The notes beneath the pieces are model-generated. The model did not search any database and had not been told where the DNA came from. It saw nothing but the letters and a program-made list of their open reading frames with translations. A program made the translations under genes and the position numbers. Positions 49,015 through 59,151 of a stretch of 64,000 nucleotides of DNA are shown in pieces. Source of the DNA: a bacterium. GTDB taxonomy: Bacteria > UBA8248. The first letter of the stretch is position 1. Every line of letters starts with the position of its first letter. The stretch spans positions 3,072,001 through 3,136,000 of the forward strand of contig OZ253442.1 of assembly GCA_965261085.1 (NCBI GenBank), read 5' to 3'.

Positions 49015-51240
49015 ATGGATACGACACCAGACGGCAGACATGGCAAGAGTGAATCCTGGATTCGTGAATGGATAGGCTGGACTGAACTCACTCCCGCCGG
49101 GAACGTGGAAGCGGGCGCATCGGGTACATGGACAATCACCTACCACGTTGGCAGATATGGGGTGGACGATGGCGGGACAATCGTCCTCTCGCGTCGCTTC
49201 GCCAGCGATTGGGCCAAACCCCAAACCGATGCGCCCGGTGAGCTCCATTATGCGAGCGCGAACACGAGCGGGAGCGCCTCCCTGAGGATAAGGTGGGACC
49301 CGAAATCGAACATCAGGCCCTGGCAGCAAGGCTTGGCCATCGATGTATTTGATAGTTATCTGGCGGAAGGTGATACGGTAACCATCGTTCTGGGAGACCA
49401 AAGCGGAGGCGGCGCGGGAACACGGGCTCAAACCTTTTGCGAAAAGAATTTCCGCTTCCGGCTTTTCGTCGATTGTTTCGGCTCGAACCGCTTCATCGAA
49501 GCGGCCGATACGCCCGCCTTTTCCATCGTCCCGGGAAAACCAGCCCGCCTCGTCATCCATGGCGCAACCGAACAAACGCCAAACGAGACTTCCTGGATGC
49601 AAGTGAAACTCGAGGACATCTGGGGTAATCCGTGTCATGGTATAGATGCGGAAGTCTCGCTCACCGCGGAAGGAGGAACCTGCGAGGGCTTGCCCCAGAC
49701 CCTTCGATTCGAGTGCGAAAAACATGCCGTAGTCCGTTTGGAGAATTTATGCTGGGAATCCGGAAATTGGGGACGAATACGAGGCGACGCAAATATCGAC
49801 ATCCCCCCTACCTACAGCAACTACGTGCGAGGAATGGAGAAAATCCACCAATGGAAACCATTTTGGGGCGATCTCCACGGCCAAAGCGAAGAGACAGTAG
49901 GCACGAATACCGTGGATAATTATTTCGCCTTCGCCCGCGATATGGCCGGAGCGCAATTTTCTTGCCACCAAGGAAACGATTTTCAAGTCACAGAGAAAAC
50001 CTGGAACGCCATTCGCGCGGCCACGAAGAAATACAATGAGCCGGGGCGCTTCGTCACATTCCTGGGGGTCGAATGGTCAGCCGTGACGGGCATGGGCGGG
50101 GACAGGAACGTCATGTACCTAGGCGATGATGGGCCCTTGCACCGAACCAGCCATTGGCAAATAGATGATTGGGATGACCAACAAACAGACCGATACCCCC
50201 TAGACGCCCTCTACGACGCTATGGGAGGGCGCCGGGATGTCACGCTCATTCCTCACATCGGGGGTAGGCGAGCAAGTCTGGACTATCACCACACAGAGCT
50301 CGAGCGCGTCATGGAGATATACTCTTCCTGGGGACGATTCGAATGGTTTGTGGAAGAAGCCCTGGAAAAGGGCTGGCGCGTGGGCATCACGGCGGGGAGC
50401 GACGGACATAAGGGACGTCCGGGAGCCAGCTACCCGGGCGCCGCTATTTTCGGGGTCTATGGCGGTTATATTTGTATCTATGCAGAAGAACTCACACGCG
50501 AGAGCCTGTGGGAAGCGATTCAGGCGAGGCGCGTCTATGCAACAACGGGGAAGAAAATTCATCTTTCCTTTTCGGCTGGAGATCATTTTATGGGAGAGGA
50601 ATTTGAATCCACCACTCCTCCTGTGTTCAAAATGCGTGCAATGGGAGAATGCGGTATCGAGTCGATAGAATTCAAACGCGCTTCGGAAACTATTTTCTCT
50701 TATCGTCCGAAAGATGCAGCCGCCCGAAATTCTGATTGGTTCCGTGTCTCCTGGAGCGGCGCCCGCATACACCAGCGCAACCGCCAAACGCACTGGCACG
50801 GCGGTTTGCGGGTTGATAAAGGAAAGATTGAAGAGCCCAGAAATTGGCAAGTGGACAACCTGGAAGAAGGAATCCAATCGGTTGATGAGCGGAACTTACG
50901 GTGGTTGAGCCGCACGACCGGCGATGCGGACGGCGTCGAGTTCCGCCTTTCGGGCGGAGAAGACACAATGCTCTTTTTCGAAACCGATGTCGTTTCTTTT
51001 GAGGTAAAACTCGATGCGATCGGCGCCGTTCCTTATGTGGTGGGCGCAGGCGGCGTTCGCCAACAGGTGGAAGTGCAGCGCATCAGCCCGATTCCTGGTG
51101 ACCCTGGTGCGAACATCACGTTTAACGTCAGTGAAAAAGATTTCCACGATGGATGGAACCCCTATTTTGTCAGGCTGATGCAAGAAGATGGGGCATTGGC
51201 CTGGAGCAGCCCCATTTTCGTGAAAAAGGGTGAAAAATGA
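49015..51240 (+). CDS. DUF3604 domain protein (PHP-like metallohydrolase)
   Basis: WGDLHGQS, HQGNDF, GVEWS, IPHIGG, GSDGHKGRPG, AWSSPI. Confidence 0.85.
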   Translation: MDTTPDGRHGKSESWIREWIGWTELTPAGNVEAGASGTWTITYHVGRYGVDDGGTIVLSRRFASDWAKPQTDAPGELHYASANTSGSASLRIRWDPKSNIRPWQQGLAIDVFDSYLAEGDTVTIVLGDQSGGGAGTRAQTFCEKNFRFRLFVDCFGSNRFIEAADTPAFSIVPGKPARLVIHGATEQTPNETSWMQVKLEDIWGNPCHGIDAEVSLTAEGGTCEGLPQTLRFECEKHAVVRLENLCWESGNWGRIRGDANIDIPPTYSNYVRGMEKIHQWKPFWGDLHGQSEETVGTNTVDNYFAFARDMAGAQFSCHQGNDFQVTEKTWNAIRAATKKYNEPGRFVTFLGVEWSAVTGMGGDRNVMYLGDDGPLHRTSHWQIDDWDDQQTDRYPLDALYDAMGGRRDVTLIPHIGGRRASLDYHHTELERVMEIYSSWGRFEWFVEEALEKGWRVGITAGSDGHKGRPGASYPGAAIFGVYGGYICIYAEELTRESLWEAIQARRVYATTGKKIHLSFSAGDHFMGEEFESTTPPVFKMRAMGECGIESIEFKRASETIFSYRPKDAAARNSDWFRVSWSGARIHQRNRQTHWHGGLRVDKGKIEEPRNWQVDNLEEGIQSVDERNLRWLSRTTGDADGVEFRLSGGEDTMLFFETDVVSFEVKLDAIGAVPYVVGAGGVRQQVEVQRISPIPGDPGANITFNVSEKDFHDGWNPYFVRLMQEDGALAWSSPIFVKKGEK

Positions 51241-51962
51241 CGGAAGACAAGCTCCCTGCTTTAGATGAGAACTGGCAACGGGCACTGGCCATCGTGGCGC
51301 ACCCTGATGACATGGAATTCGGGGCATCGAGCGCAGTCGCCAGATGGACGGCGCAAGGCAAGGAAATCTCCTATATCCTCATGACGAGTGGCGAGGCGGG
51401 TATTGACAGCATGTCGCCGGAGGAGGCAGGCCCTGCGAGAGAAGAGGAAGAAATAAAAAGCGCCGCAATCGTCGGCGTGGAAAAGGTGGAATTCCTGGGC
51501 TACACGGATGGGGTCATCGAGTACAATCTGGACTTAAGACGCGATCTCGCCCGAAAAATCAGAAGATACCGCCCTGAAATTTTGATCACTCTTTCCCATC
51601 ACCTCACCTGGCCAGGTGGCCCTTTGAACATGGCGGATCACCGCTGGCTCGCATATGGCGTGATGGACGGAGGACGCGATGCGGGCAACCGCTGGATTTT
51701 TCCAGAGCTGTTGGATGAGGGTTTGGAGCCCTGGACAGGAGTTCGTCAGGTTTTACTCAGCGGTTCCCCAAGGCCTACGCATGCCGTAGACATCAGCGAA
51801 TACCTCGAGAAAGGAATCACATCCCTACAAGCACATAAACTCTACATCGACAATCTCGCACAAGGCTTTGATGCCGTCGGTTTCCTCACTCAGGCGGCCC
51901 TCGAAACAGGTAAACGTACCGGATTTCACTATGCGGTATCATTCGAGGCGATCTCCATATAA
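51237..51962 (+). CDS. PIG-L/LmbE family deacetylase
   Basis: VAHPDDME, TSGEAG, REEE, ADHR. Confidence 0.92.
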   Translation: MTEDKLPALDENWQRALAIVAHPDDMEFGASSAVARWTAQGKEISYILMTSGEAGIDSMSPEEAGPAREEEEIKSAAIVGVEKVEFLGYTDGVIEYNLDLRRDLARKIRRYRPEILITLSHHLTWPGGPLNMADHRWLAYGVMDGGRDAGNRWIFPELLDEGLEPWTGVRQVLLSGSPRPTHAVDISEYLEKGITSLQAHKLYIDNLAQGFDAVGFLTQAALETGKRTGFHYAVSFEAISI

Positions 51963-52080
51963 TTTCTAAAAAAATTACTTGCCAAGGCTATCTCTTCTCA
52001 ACTGAATTGGGTAGTATTCGCCTGCGGTTGGGCCATTATGCCCTTTATCTTATTGATTTATACATCTAACGAGGAAATGA

Positions 52081-53025
52081 ATGCTTGACGATGCAACAAA
52101 ACAAGAACTGAGAGAAAAACACTACAACGCAACAGTCATGGATATCGTCTGGCAGCATGAGACGCTCGCTTGTTTTCGCGTAAAGCCCGATTTCGACTTT
52201 CCCCAATACAAATCAGGTCAATATACGACTCTGGGCCTGGGTAACTGGGAGCCTCGGCACGAAAACGCCGTCAAGGAAAAAGAACTCGACGAGAAAAGAA
52301 TCAGGCGAGTGGGCAGGCGCGCTTATTCCGTGTCCCATCCGGTGGTCAATGAAGCGGGAGAATTATATCCACCGGAAAATTTGGATTTCCTGGAATTTTA
52401 CATCGTCATGGTCATCGGCGAGGAAGGTGAGCCCGCGCCTCTTCTCACCCCAAGGCTTTTTCTCCGGAAAGCCGGCGATCGCGTTCACATGGGACAAAAA
52501 TTCACCGGTGAATACACGCTCGATTGCATGAACGATATTCGGGATGACGAAAACTCTCTCGTCGTCTTCGCAGGCACGGGGACGGGAGAGGGTCCGCACA
52601 ACCATATGATATGGGAGCTTCTTCGCACGGGCTACAAAGGCCAAATCGCCAGCATCAACGTCGTGCGATACAAAAACGACCTCGCATACGAACCCCTCTA
52701 TAGAGAACTCGAGAAGAATTACCCCACCCTCTCATATCACGCGCTCACCACGCGCGAGGCAGATACCATACACAACAAAGTGTATGCGCAGGATTATCTG
52801 GCCTCGGGCGCATTTGAGGAAAACATCGGCCGCAAGATGGACCCTTCGAACACGCATCTGTTCTTGTGCGGAAACCCCGCCATGATCGGCATCCCCAAAG
52901 TTCGTGAAGGCAACAAGATATGGCCGGAAGGCGCGCGGGGTGTTATTCAGATCATGGAAGATCGCGGCTTCACGATGGACTATGGCCGGACGAAGGGAAA
53001 CATTCATTACGAGAAATACTGGTAA
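52081..53025 (+). CDS. Ferredoxin--NADP(+) reductase
   Basis: GQYTTLG, RRAYS, GTGTG, LCGNPAM, C-terminal EKYW. Confidence 0.88.
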   Translation: MLDDATKQELREKHYNATVMDIVWQHETLACFRVKPDFDFPQYKSGQYTTLGLGNWEPRHENAVKEKELDEKRIRRVGRRAYSVSHPVVNEAGELYPPENLDFLEFYIVMVIGEEGEPAPLLTPRLFLRKAGDRVHMGQKFTGEYTLDCMNDIRDDENSLVVFAGTGTGEGPHNHMIWELLRTGYKGQIASINVVRYKNDLAYEPLYRELEKNYPTLSYHALTTREADTIHNKVYAQDYLASGAFEENIGRKMDPSNTHLFLCGNPAMIGIPKVREGNKIWPEGARGVIQIMEDRGFTMDYGRTKGNIHYEKYW

Positions 53026-53081
53026 GACCTGCGTTTCACACATCACCTCGGCGCAAGTAGACGCGATAAGCAGGAGAACCC

Positions 53082-53861
53082 ATGCCCGATTTCATTTATG
53101 AAGCCGAGGGCGCACTTTCCACCTTGAAGTTCAACAGAAAAGATGTTCGCAACGCCATCAACGAAGAAATCATGCAGGGCCTCTCCGATACTCTCGACAT
53201 CCTCGAAGCATCGCGCGATCTAAGAGCCGTCATCCTCACAGGCGCGGGCGAGGAAGCATTCTGCTCGGGTGGCGACCTGAAGTGGCTCCAGTCTTTTGAA
53301 TCTCATGATGAGGGAATGGGCATGAGCAGGCGCATGCAGGGAATACTGGGGCGCCTGTCTGCGCTGCCGGTACCCGTCATCGCCGTTTTGAATGGATACG
53401 CTTTGGGCGGCGGGACCGAAATCGCCATGGCCTGCGACATGCGGATCATGGAAGAACATACTTACATGAGTTTCAAGCAAGCTCGCGTAGGTCTCATGAC
53501 GGGCTGGGGAGGCGGCGGGCGCCTCCTGCGTGCCATCGGATATGGGCGGGCGATGGAATTATTGACCACATGTAAAGAGTTGTACTCGGAAGATGCGCTG
53601 GAGATGGGACTCGCCAATGCCGTAGTCCCAAAAGGAGACGGGCTTCGTGTCGCCAAAGCGATGGTGAGAGAAATTTCCAAAAGCGCTCCGGGAGCAATCC
53701 GTTCGATAAAGGAATTGCTCTTATTCGGATTAGAAAATACACTAGATGAAACGACGAGCCAGGAATCATCACGATTTGCGGATCTTTGGGTATCAGAAGA
53801 TCATGATGAGGCGGTAAAAGCATTTTTTGAAAAGCGAAGCCCCGTTTTCAAGGGGAGATAA
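53082..53861 (+). CDS. Enoyl-CoA hydratase/isomerase family protein
   Basis: AFCSGGDL, ALGGGTE, ACDMR, GWGGG. Confidence 0.92.
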   Translation: MPDFIYEAEGALSTLKFNRKDVRNAINEEIMQGLSDTLDILEASRDLRAVILTGAGEEAFCSGGDLKWLQSFESHDEGMGMSRRMQGILGRLSALPVPVIAVLNGYALGGGTEIAMACDMRIMEEHTYMSFKQARVGLMTGWGGGGRLLRAIGYGRAMELLTTCKELYSEDALEMGLANAVVPKGDGLRVAKAMVREISKSAPGAIRSIKELLLFGLENTLDETTSQESSRFADLWVSEDHDEAVKAFFEKRSPVFKGR

Positions 53862-53868
53862 GCACGAA

Positions 53869-55455
53869 ATGACAAATGATCCTCAGCCGGTAAAAACACG
53901 CTCAGGCCTCGCCGTTGAAAATACCTACTGTCCTGAGGATATGCCCCAGAACTATAACCCGGGCAAACCAGGCGCCTACCCTCTCACGCGCGGCATTCAC
54001 CCCGAGATGTACAGGAAACGTCTCTGGACGATGCGCCAGTATTCTGGATTTGGAACCGCCGAAGAAACGAACCAGCGATACCGCTTTTTGCTCGACGAAG
54101 GAAACACCGGACTATCCGTCGCGCTCGATCTCCCAACCCAACTGGGACTCGACAGTGACGATGCAAGGTCAGCCGGCGAAGTCGGTAAAGTCGGCGTTGC
54201 CATCGACTCACTTGCTGATATGGAAACCATTTTCCAAGGCATCCCGCTCGATAAGATCAGCACGTCTTTCACCATTAATTCAACGGCCGCTATTCTATAT
54301 GCCATGTACATTGCGGTTGGGAAGAAACAAGGTGTTTCGCCCTCTCAGCTAACCGGCACCATTCAAAACGACATTTTGAAAGAATACGTTTCTCGCGGCA
54401 CATGGATATTTCCGCCCGAGCCATCTCTCAGGCTGATTGTCGATACCATTGAATACGGTGTGAAAAACACCCCGAGGTTCAACACCATTAGTGCTGCGGG
54501 CGCTCATTTCAGAGATGCAGGCGCAACTGCCGTCCAGGAAGGCGGCTTTACCCTCGCAGACGCAATCGTCTACGTGGAAAGATGTCTGGAGCGCGGACTT
54601 GATATCGACGAGTTCGCCCCCAGGCTCAGTTTTTATTTTTACACCCACATGGATTTTTTCGAAGAAATCGCCAAATACCGCGCCATGCGGACGCTTTGGG
54701 CCAAAATCATGCGGGAGCGCTTTGGCGCCAAAAACGAGAGAAGCTGGCTTTTTCGCTTCGGCGTCGTTTGCGGCGGCAGCACGCTCACCGCGCAAGAACC
54801 CGAGAACAACATCGTCCGAGTCACCTACGAGGCGCTGTCCGCCGTGCTCGGCGGCGCCCAAACCATCTTTACTTGTGCATATGATGAAGCGCTCGCGTTA
54901 CCAACTGAGGAAAGCGCTCTCCTCGCCCTGCGCACTCAGCAGATCATCGCTCATGAAAGCGGCGTGCCCGACGTGGCGGATCCTTTCGGTGGCTCACATT
55001 ATCTGGAAAATTTGACTGCTCGTATGGAAGGCGGGATGGCGCAAATTATCGAAGATGTGGAAGAGCGCGGCGGCATGGTCGAGTGCATCCAGCAGGGCGT
55101 GGTGCAAAGGTGGATTGCAGAGAGCGCTTTCCGCTGGCAAAAAGCAGTGGATGCACAAGAACGGACTATCGTTGGCGTCAATAAATATGTGCGTGAAGAG
55201 CCCCCTGCTCAAGAGATATTCACGACTGACCCTAAACTTGAAGAACGTCAGAAGAAACAGCTGAATAAATTGAAGTTAGAGCGAGATTCCTCGCAGGTGG
55301 AGAAAAGCCTCAAGCGACTCGATGATGCCACCAATGGAGATGTAAATCTCATGGAAGCAATTTCCGAAGCGGTGGAAGCATATGCCACTATCGGGGAGAT
55401 AACGGATGTGCTGCGCGGGGTTTTCGGAGAGTTTCAAGAGCCCGTGGCTTTCTAA
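53869..55455 (+). CDS. Acyl-CoA mutase large (substrate-binding) subunit, methylmalonyl-CoA mutase family
   Basis: WTMRQYSGFG, GLSVALDLPTQ, GTIQNDILKE, DEALALP; no B12-binding domain. Confidence 0.92.
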   Translation: MTNDPQPVKTRSGLAVENTYCPEDMPQNYNPGKPGAYPLTRGIHPEMYRKRLWTMRQYSGFGTAEETNQRYRFLLDEGNTGLSVALDLPTQLGLDSDDARSAGEVGKVGVAIDSLADMETIFQGIPLDKISTSFTINSTAAILYAMYIAVGKKQGVSPSQLTGTIQNDILKEYVSRGTWIFPPEPSLRLIVDTIEYGVKNTPRFNTISAAGAHFRDAGATAVQEGGFTLADAIVYVERCLERGLDIDEFAPRLSFYFYTHMDFFEEIAKYRAMRTLWAKIMRERFGAKNERSWLFRFGVVCGGSTLTAQEPENNIVRVTYEALSAVLGGAQTIFTCAYDEALALPTEESALLALRTQQIIAHESGVPDVADPFGGSHYLENLTARMEGGMAQIIEDVEERGGMVECIQQGVVQRWIAESAFRWQKAVDAQERTIVGVNKYVREEPPAQEIFTTDPKLEERQKKQLNKLKLERDSSQVEKSLKRLDDATNGDVNLMEAISEAVEAYATIGEITDVLRGVFGEFQEPVAF

Positions 55456-55581
55456 CCATCTCACCACGCCCGTCCGCTTGCCCGACCGGGCAAAACACGG
55501 AATAATCACCATCAAGAAAAATAACCAAAAATATGAATTCAGAATCCTAAATGGCATATTCATCGGAGGTATGCAGAAAAA

Positions 55582-57450
55582 ATGTGGACAGACGCCAAAA
55601 ACGGGAACAACTCGGCAACTGATTACAAGTACAGAAGCGCTACTGTTGATCTCGACAGTGGAAACATCACGATCGAAGATAAATTCTGCGGGGATTTGGA
55701 AGATTTTCTAGGCGGGATCGGCAGAATTTTCAAGATTCTTTCCCACCACGATGTATCCGACCCCTACGCCCCCTCCTCCCCTCTCGTCATGGAGCTTGGC
55801 TGTTTTTCTGGTACAAACCTGATGACGGGGTTACGGGCTTTCTTTGGCGGCTATAGCCCGCTCAAGAGCACGCTCGCCGGTGCGCCTTCGGCCATGTATT
55901 CGGCGGGCTCCGGTAAATTCGGAACCAAGGTAGCCTGTGCCGGTATAGATGAAATCATCTTTACCGGCAGAAGTGAAAAGCCCGTCACACTGGTGATTAA
56001 GAGCGATGCCCTCGGCGGTCCTGCTCACTTGGAACTCGTGGATGCCGCACCCCTCCTGGGCAAGGATTCGCATGAGAAAATCATGGCGCTCGCCGGTGAA
56101 TATGACGACGCGCATTTCGCCGTTATCGGCCCGCCGGGGGAGAATTACGAAACGAACCGCATGGCCTCCATCGTCTTGAGCACGGAAAACCAGCTTAAAA
56201 CGAACGAGTGTAAACCGAGATTCTGTGGGCGTGGGGGTTTTGGAGGCGTAATGGGCTCCAAAAACCTCATCGCCATCGTCGCGCAATCGCCCGACGACAA
56301 GTCAGCCGTCACGAATGTCGTCAAAGAAGCGAACAAGGTCATCTCCCGAGGCGCCGGCTCTAAAAACTATCGCGATGCCCATAAAGCAGATGGCGGCGGC
56401 GGCACATGGCGAAATATCGCGGGTCTACACCCCATGGGCTGTCTGCCCGAGAGAAACTTCTGGGCTCCGGGGAATGATGATGCAGTGCAACTCTATCGCG
56501 GCAGTTTTGAAGAACCCTACGTGATTAAGGATGAATCCTGCTTCAAATGCGGCATCGCGTGCCACAAAAACATTTACGACAGGCCCGAAGGAGAAACTGC
56601 CGAAGGAAGAAGAGCCAAAAAAGGTAAATTCAGGGTCAAGTTCGACTATGAGCCACTCGATCTCATCACGGCGAACTGCGGCGTCTACGATGCGGAAGAA
56701 TCTCTCGAGCTCGTCGAACTGGGTGACCGCATGGGCTACGACGCCATCAGCCTGGGCGCCACCGTCAGCTACGCGATGGAGTGGAATGAGGGAAATCCCG
56801 ACAAACCCGTGCTTGACGACATCCGCTTTGGCGATGCCAAAAAGATGGACGAATTGATCCGAAAAGCAGCAGCGGGTGAGTGTGAAGAACTGGCGCAAGG
56901 CACTATGCGCCTGGCCCAGCAATGCGGCGACCTTTCCTTCGCCATGCAGGGCAAAGGCCTCGAATACCCGGCCTATCTGCCCGAAACCAACCCAGGCTAC
57001 CCTTGGGCGCTGGCCGGTGGCCACATGAGCATGCGCACGTTCTTGCTTCTCATACTGGATGGCCAGCAAACAGATATCGATTATTGGGAAAATGCCATCC
57101 TGAACGGCATCTACTATACGAGGGATGACCTCATCGGCACCTGTAAATTCGCAGGCGCGCCCAATGAAAATATCGTCGATAGCTTAAACGACATGTTCGG
57201 CCTCTCCTTGACGGAAGAAGACGTAAACCAGGCCATTAGACGCTCATACTTGAGAGGGCGTTTGCTGGAGAAAAAAGTGGGCTATACCGATGAGGAATAC
57301 GATGTGCCCTCCCGCGTGTATGAAGGGGCGAATGAAAACGTCAAAATGCCCAGCTTCATGACGCGCGAGTTCATGGATGAACTGAAAAAACGAACCGAGG
57401 CGAATTGGGACAGGCTCACGGAGGAGGAAGGCATCGCCCTTCCCGCCTAA
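55582..57450 (+). CDS. Aldehyde:ferredoxin oxidoreductase family (W/Mo-pterin)
   Basis: SPL, GRGG.GGVMGSKNL, CFKCGIAC, DRMGYD, GTCKF. Confidence 0.88.
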   Translation: MWTDAKNGNNSATDYKYRSATVDLDSGNITIEDKFCGDLEDFLGGIGRIFKILSHHDVSDPYAPSSPLVMELGCFSGTNLMTGLRAFFGGYSPLKSTLAGAPSAMYSAGSGKFGTKVACAGIDEIIFTGRSEKPVTLVIKSDALGGPAHLELVDAAPLLGKDSHEKIMALAGEYDDAHFAVIGPPGENYETNRMASIVLSTENQLKTNECKPRFCGRGGFGGVMGSKNLIAIVAQSPDDKSAVTNVVKEANKVISRGAGSKNYRDAHKADGGGGTWRNIAGLHPMGCLPERNFWAPGNDDAVQLYRGSFEEPYVIKDESCFKCGIACHKNIYDRPEGETAEGRRAKKGKFRVKFDYEPLDLITANCGVYDAEESLELVELGDRMGYDAISLGATVSYAMEWNEGNPDKPVLDDIRFGDAKKMDELIRKAAAGECEELAQGTMRLAQQCGDLSFAMQGKGLEYPAYLPETNPGYPWALAGGHMSMRTFLLLILDGQQTDIDYWENAILNGIYYTRDDLIGTCKFAGAPNENIVDSLNDMFGLSLTEEDVNQAIRRSYLRGRLLEKKVGYTDEEYDVPSRVYEGANENVKMPSFMTREFMDELKKRTEANWDRLTEEEGIALPA

Positions 57451-57470
57451 GATCATCAATATCAAAACAA

Positions 57471-57510
57471 GAAGACGTCTCATCAGGTGCTTCCTGGCGG
57501 GGCGTTTTCA
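57471..57510 (+). terminator. Possible intrinsic terminator after the AOR gene
   Basis: Imperfect hairpin GACGTCTCATCAGG...CCTGGCGGGGCGTT followed by T-rich tail. Confidence 0.45.
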
Positions 57511-57549
57511 TTTCATCAAACCCTGTTGAATTCTCTGGCTACGTGGAAT

Positions 57550-58254
57550 CTAGATACCCCGCTTGTCCCCCCACAGCATGACATGCAGCCTGGGAGTGAA
57601 GCGAAAGCCTCGATTCATCGAAGCCTCCGCCAAGGCGAACAATCTGTGCTCCATCTGCTCGCGTGTTTTGCCACCCGGGGATATGATGATGCGACTTCGC
57701 GGGAAATCACCAAGACCATATTTTTCAAGAACTACTTCGATTTCATCGAGTTCATCCGTCCGGTGAACCACGAATTTGAGGTAGGGTTCTTTGGCCTGGC
57801 GAAGCCAGTCAAGGGTTTTCGGCTGTTTTTCCTCTGATATTTGGGCCGACTGTAGTTTAGGCGAGACATTCCACTGATTCACTCGCTTGAGGGCGTCTTC
57901 AGGTGGCGGAATGTGCCCGGCCGTTTCCACTTCCACTCTCAAGCCTGCACGATGAAGCGACTCGATAAGCACTGAAAATTGCGGGGATTCCAGAGGCTCT
58001 CCCCCTGTCACCACCACTTGGGCGCCTTCGTGTTCCTCGCAAAAATCCAAAATTTCGGAAAGCGTTTTTTCTTCCAGCGGAGGACCCGCCCATGAATACT
58101 TCGTGTCGCACCACACACAGCCCACTGAGCAGCCCATCAGGCGAATAAATACTGACGGCCGGCCGATGGTGGCCCCTTCTCCCTGCAAAGAGAAAAAAAG
58201 CGGATCCGCGAGTGGTACCTTCAAATCCGCTTTTCCCTTTATTTCGATCATCAC
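57550..58254 (-). CDS. queE: 7-carboxy-7-deazaguanine synthase (radical SAM)
   Basis: FFSLQGEG, FIRLMGCSVGCVWCDT, VTGGEP, VSPK, RLH..LWG. Confidence 0.9.
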   Translation of the reverse strand: MMIEIKGKADLKVPLADPLFFSLQGEGATIGRPSVFIRLMGCSVGCVWCDTKYSWAGPPLEEKTLSEILDFCEEHEGAQVVVTGGEPLESPQFSVLIESLHRAGLRVEVETAGHIPPPEDALKRVNQWNVSPKLQSAQISEEKQPKTLDWLRQAKEPYLKFVVHRTDELDEIEVVLEKYGLGDFPRSRIIISPGGKTREQMEHRLFALAEASMNRGFRFTPRLHVMLWGDKRGI

Positions 58255-58329
58255 GCCAAGTCCGCTTCTTCGCTTTTGGTCCGCAAATTCTCAACCCGAG
58301 AGCAAAAAGAGCGAGAACCTCCGGATCAA

Positions 58330-58617
58330 CTACCCCAACGCCGCCGCAACGATAAGCGCCACGCCAATGAAAATCGCGCCCACGACGATTCCGACCGCCC
58401 TGTTTTGATCTTTCGACAGCGCATCGTTCACCGAGAATGGCGTGATCCACTCGAATATCTTGTAGCCGATCATCAGCAAAGCGATGCCGATCAGGCCATA
58501 GACAATCGAAAGAAACAGACCCGTGCCGACCCCCATGCGAGGCGCGCCTTGGGCGAGGGCCACGGTGGGCGTCATCAGACTCAAAGCGGCTGGAATCGCG
58601 AACTTTTTCATGTGCAA
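58330..58617 (-). CDS. DUF350 family membrane protein
   Basis: YKIFEWITP, NRAVGIVVGAIFIGVALI. Confidence 0.85.
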   Translation of the reverse strand: MHMKKFAIPAALSLMTPTVALAQGAPRMGVGTGLFLSIVYGLIGIALLMIGYKIFEWITPFSVNDALSKDQNRAVGIVVGAIFIGVALIVAAALG

Positions 58618-58642
58618 ACTCCTTGTTAAGTGAAGGAAAGGC

Positions 58643-59074
58643 TCAACGTCGAGACATCATTCTCAAAATAAAAATCAGGATGAGGGGAAAGAGAAGCATC
58701 CGGCCCAGACCGAATAGACCAAGCCCGCCGAATCCCCATCCCCCCAGAAGCCCCAAACCCATGCCCATGCCAAAGCCACCCAACCCGCGCCGCCCAGCAG
58801 ACCTTTGGCCGTAGCCCCGGCCATAGCTTCGTCTTGAAAAAGAACGCGCGCCGAAAGAACGCGCTCGCCCGAATCCGCCAAACGACATGCCGCCGCCGAA
58901 GCGTCTGGCCTCCGCGATGGATGGATGAAGCACAAGGGCGGCAGTGATGGCGGAGATGCCCACGGCGCCGCGCACGATGGGCGGCAGCGAAACGGAGGCA
59001 AATGTAATGAATGCGCCCGCAACAATGGCTGAGAGATAGCAAACAGAGCGAAACAAATACGGCGTTGTTTTCAA
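58643..59074 (-). CDS. Gly/Arg-rich membrane protein (Tim44-protein-like N-terminal features)
   Basis: AEARRFGGGMSFGG, Gly-rich hydrophobic C-terminus; start uncertain. Confidence 0.55.
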   Translation of the reverse strand: MKTTPYLFRSVCYLSAIVAGAFITFASVSLPPIVRGAVGISAITAALVLHPSIAEARRFGGGMSFGGFGRARSFGARSFSRRSYGRGYGQRSAGRRGLGGFGMGMGLGLLGGWGFGGLGLFGLGRMLLFPLILIFILRMMSRR

Positions 59075-59151
59075 TGCGGCCTCGCATCAGGGGCGGTCAA
59101 AACGACGGAAGCAGCCTAGCAGGGCGCGCGCAATTTCTCAATCACTCGTTT

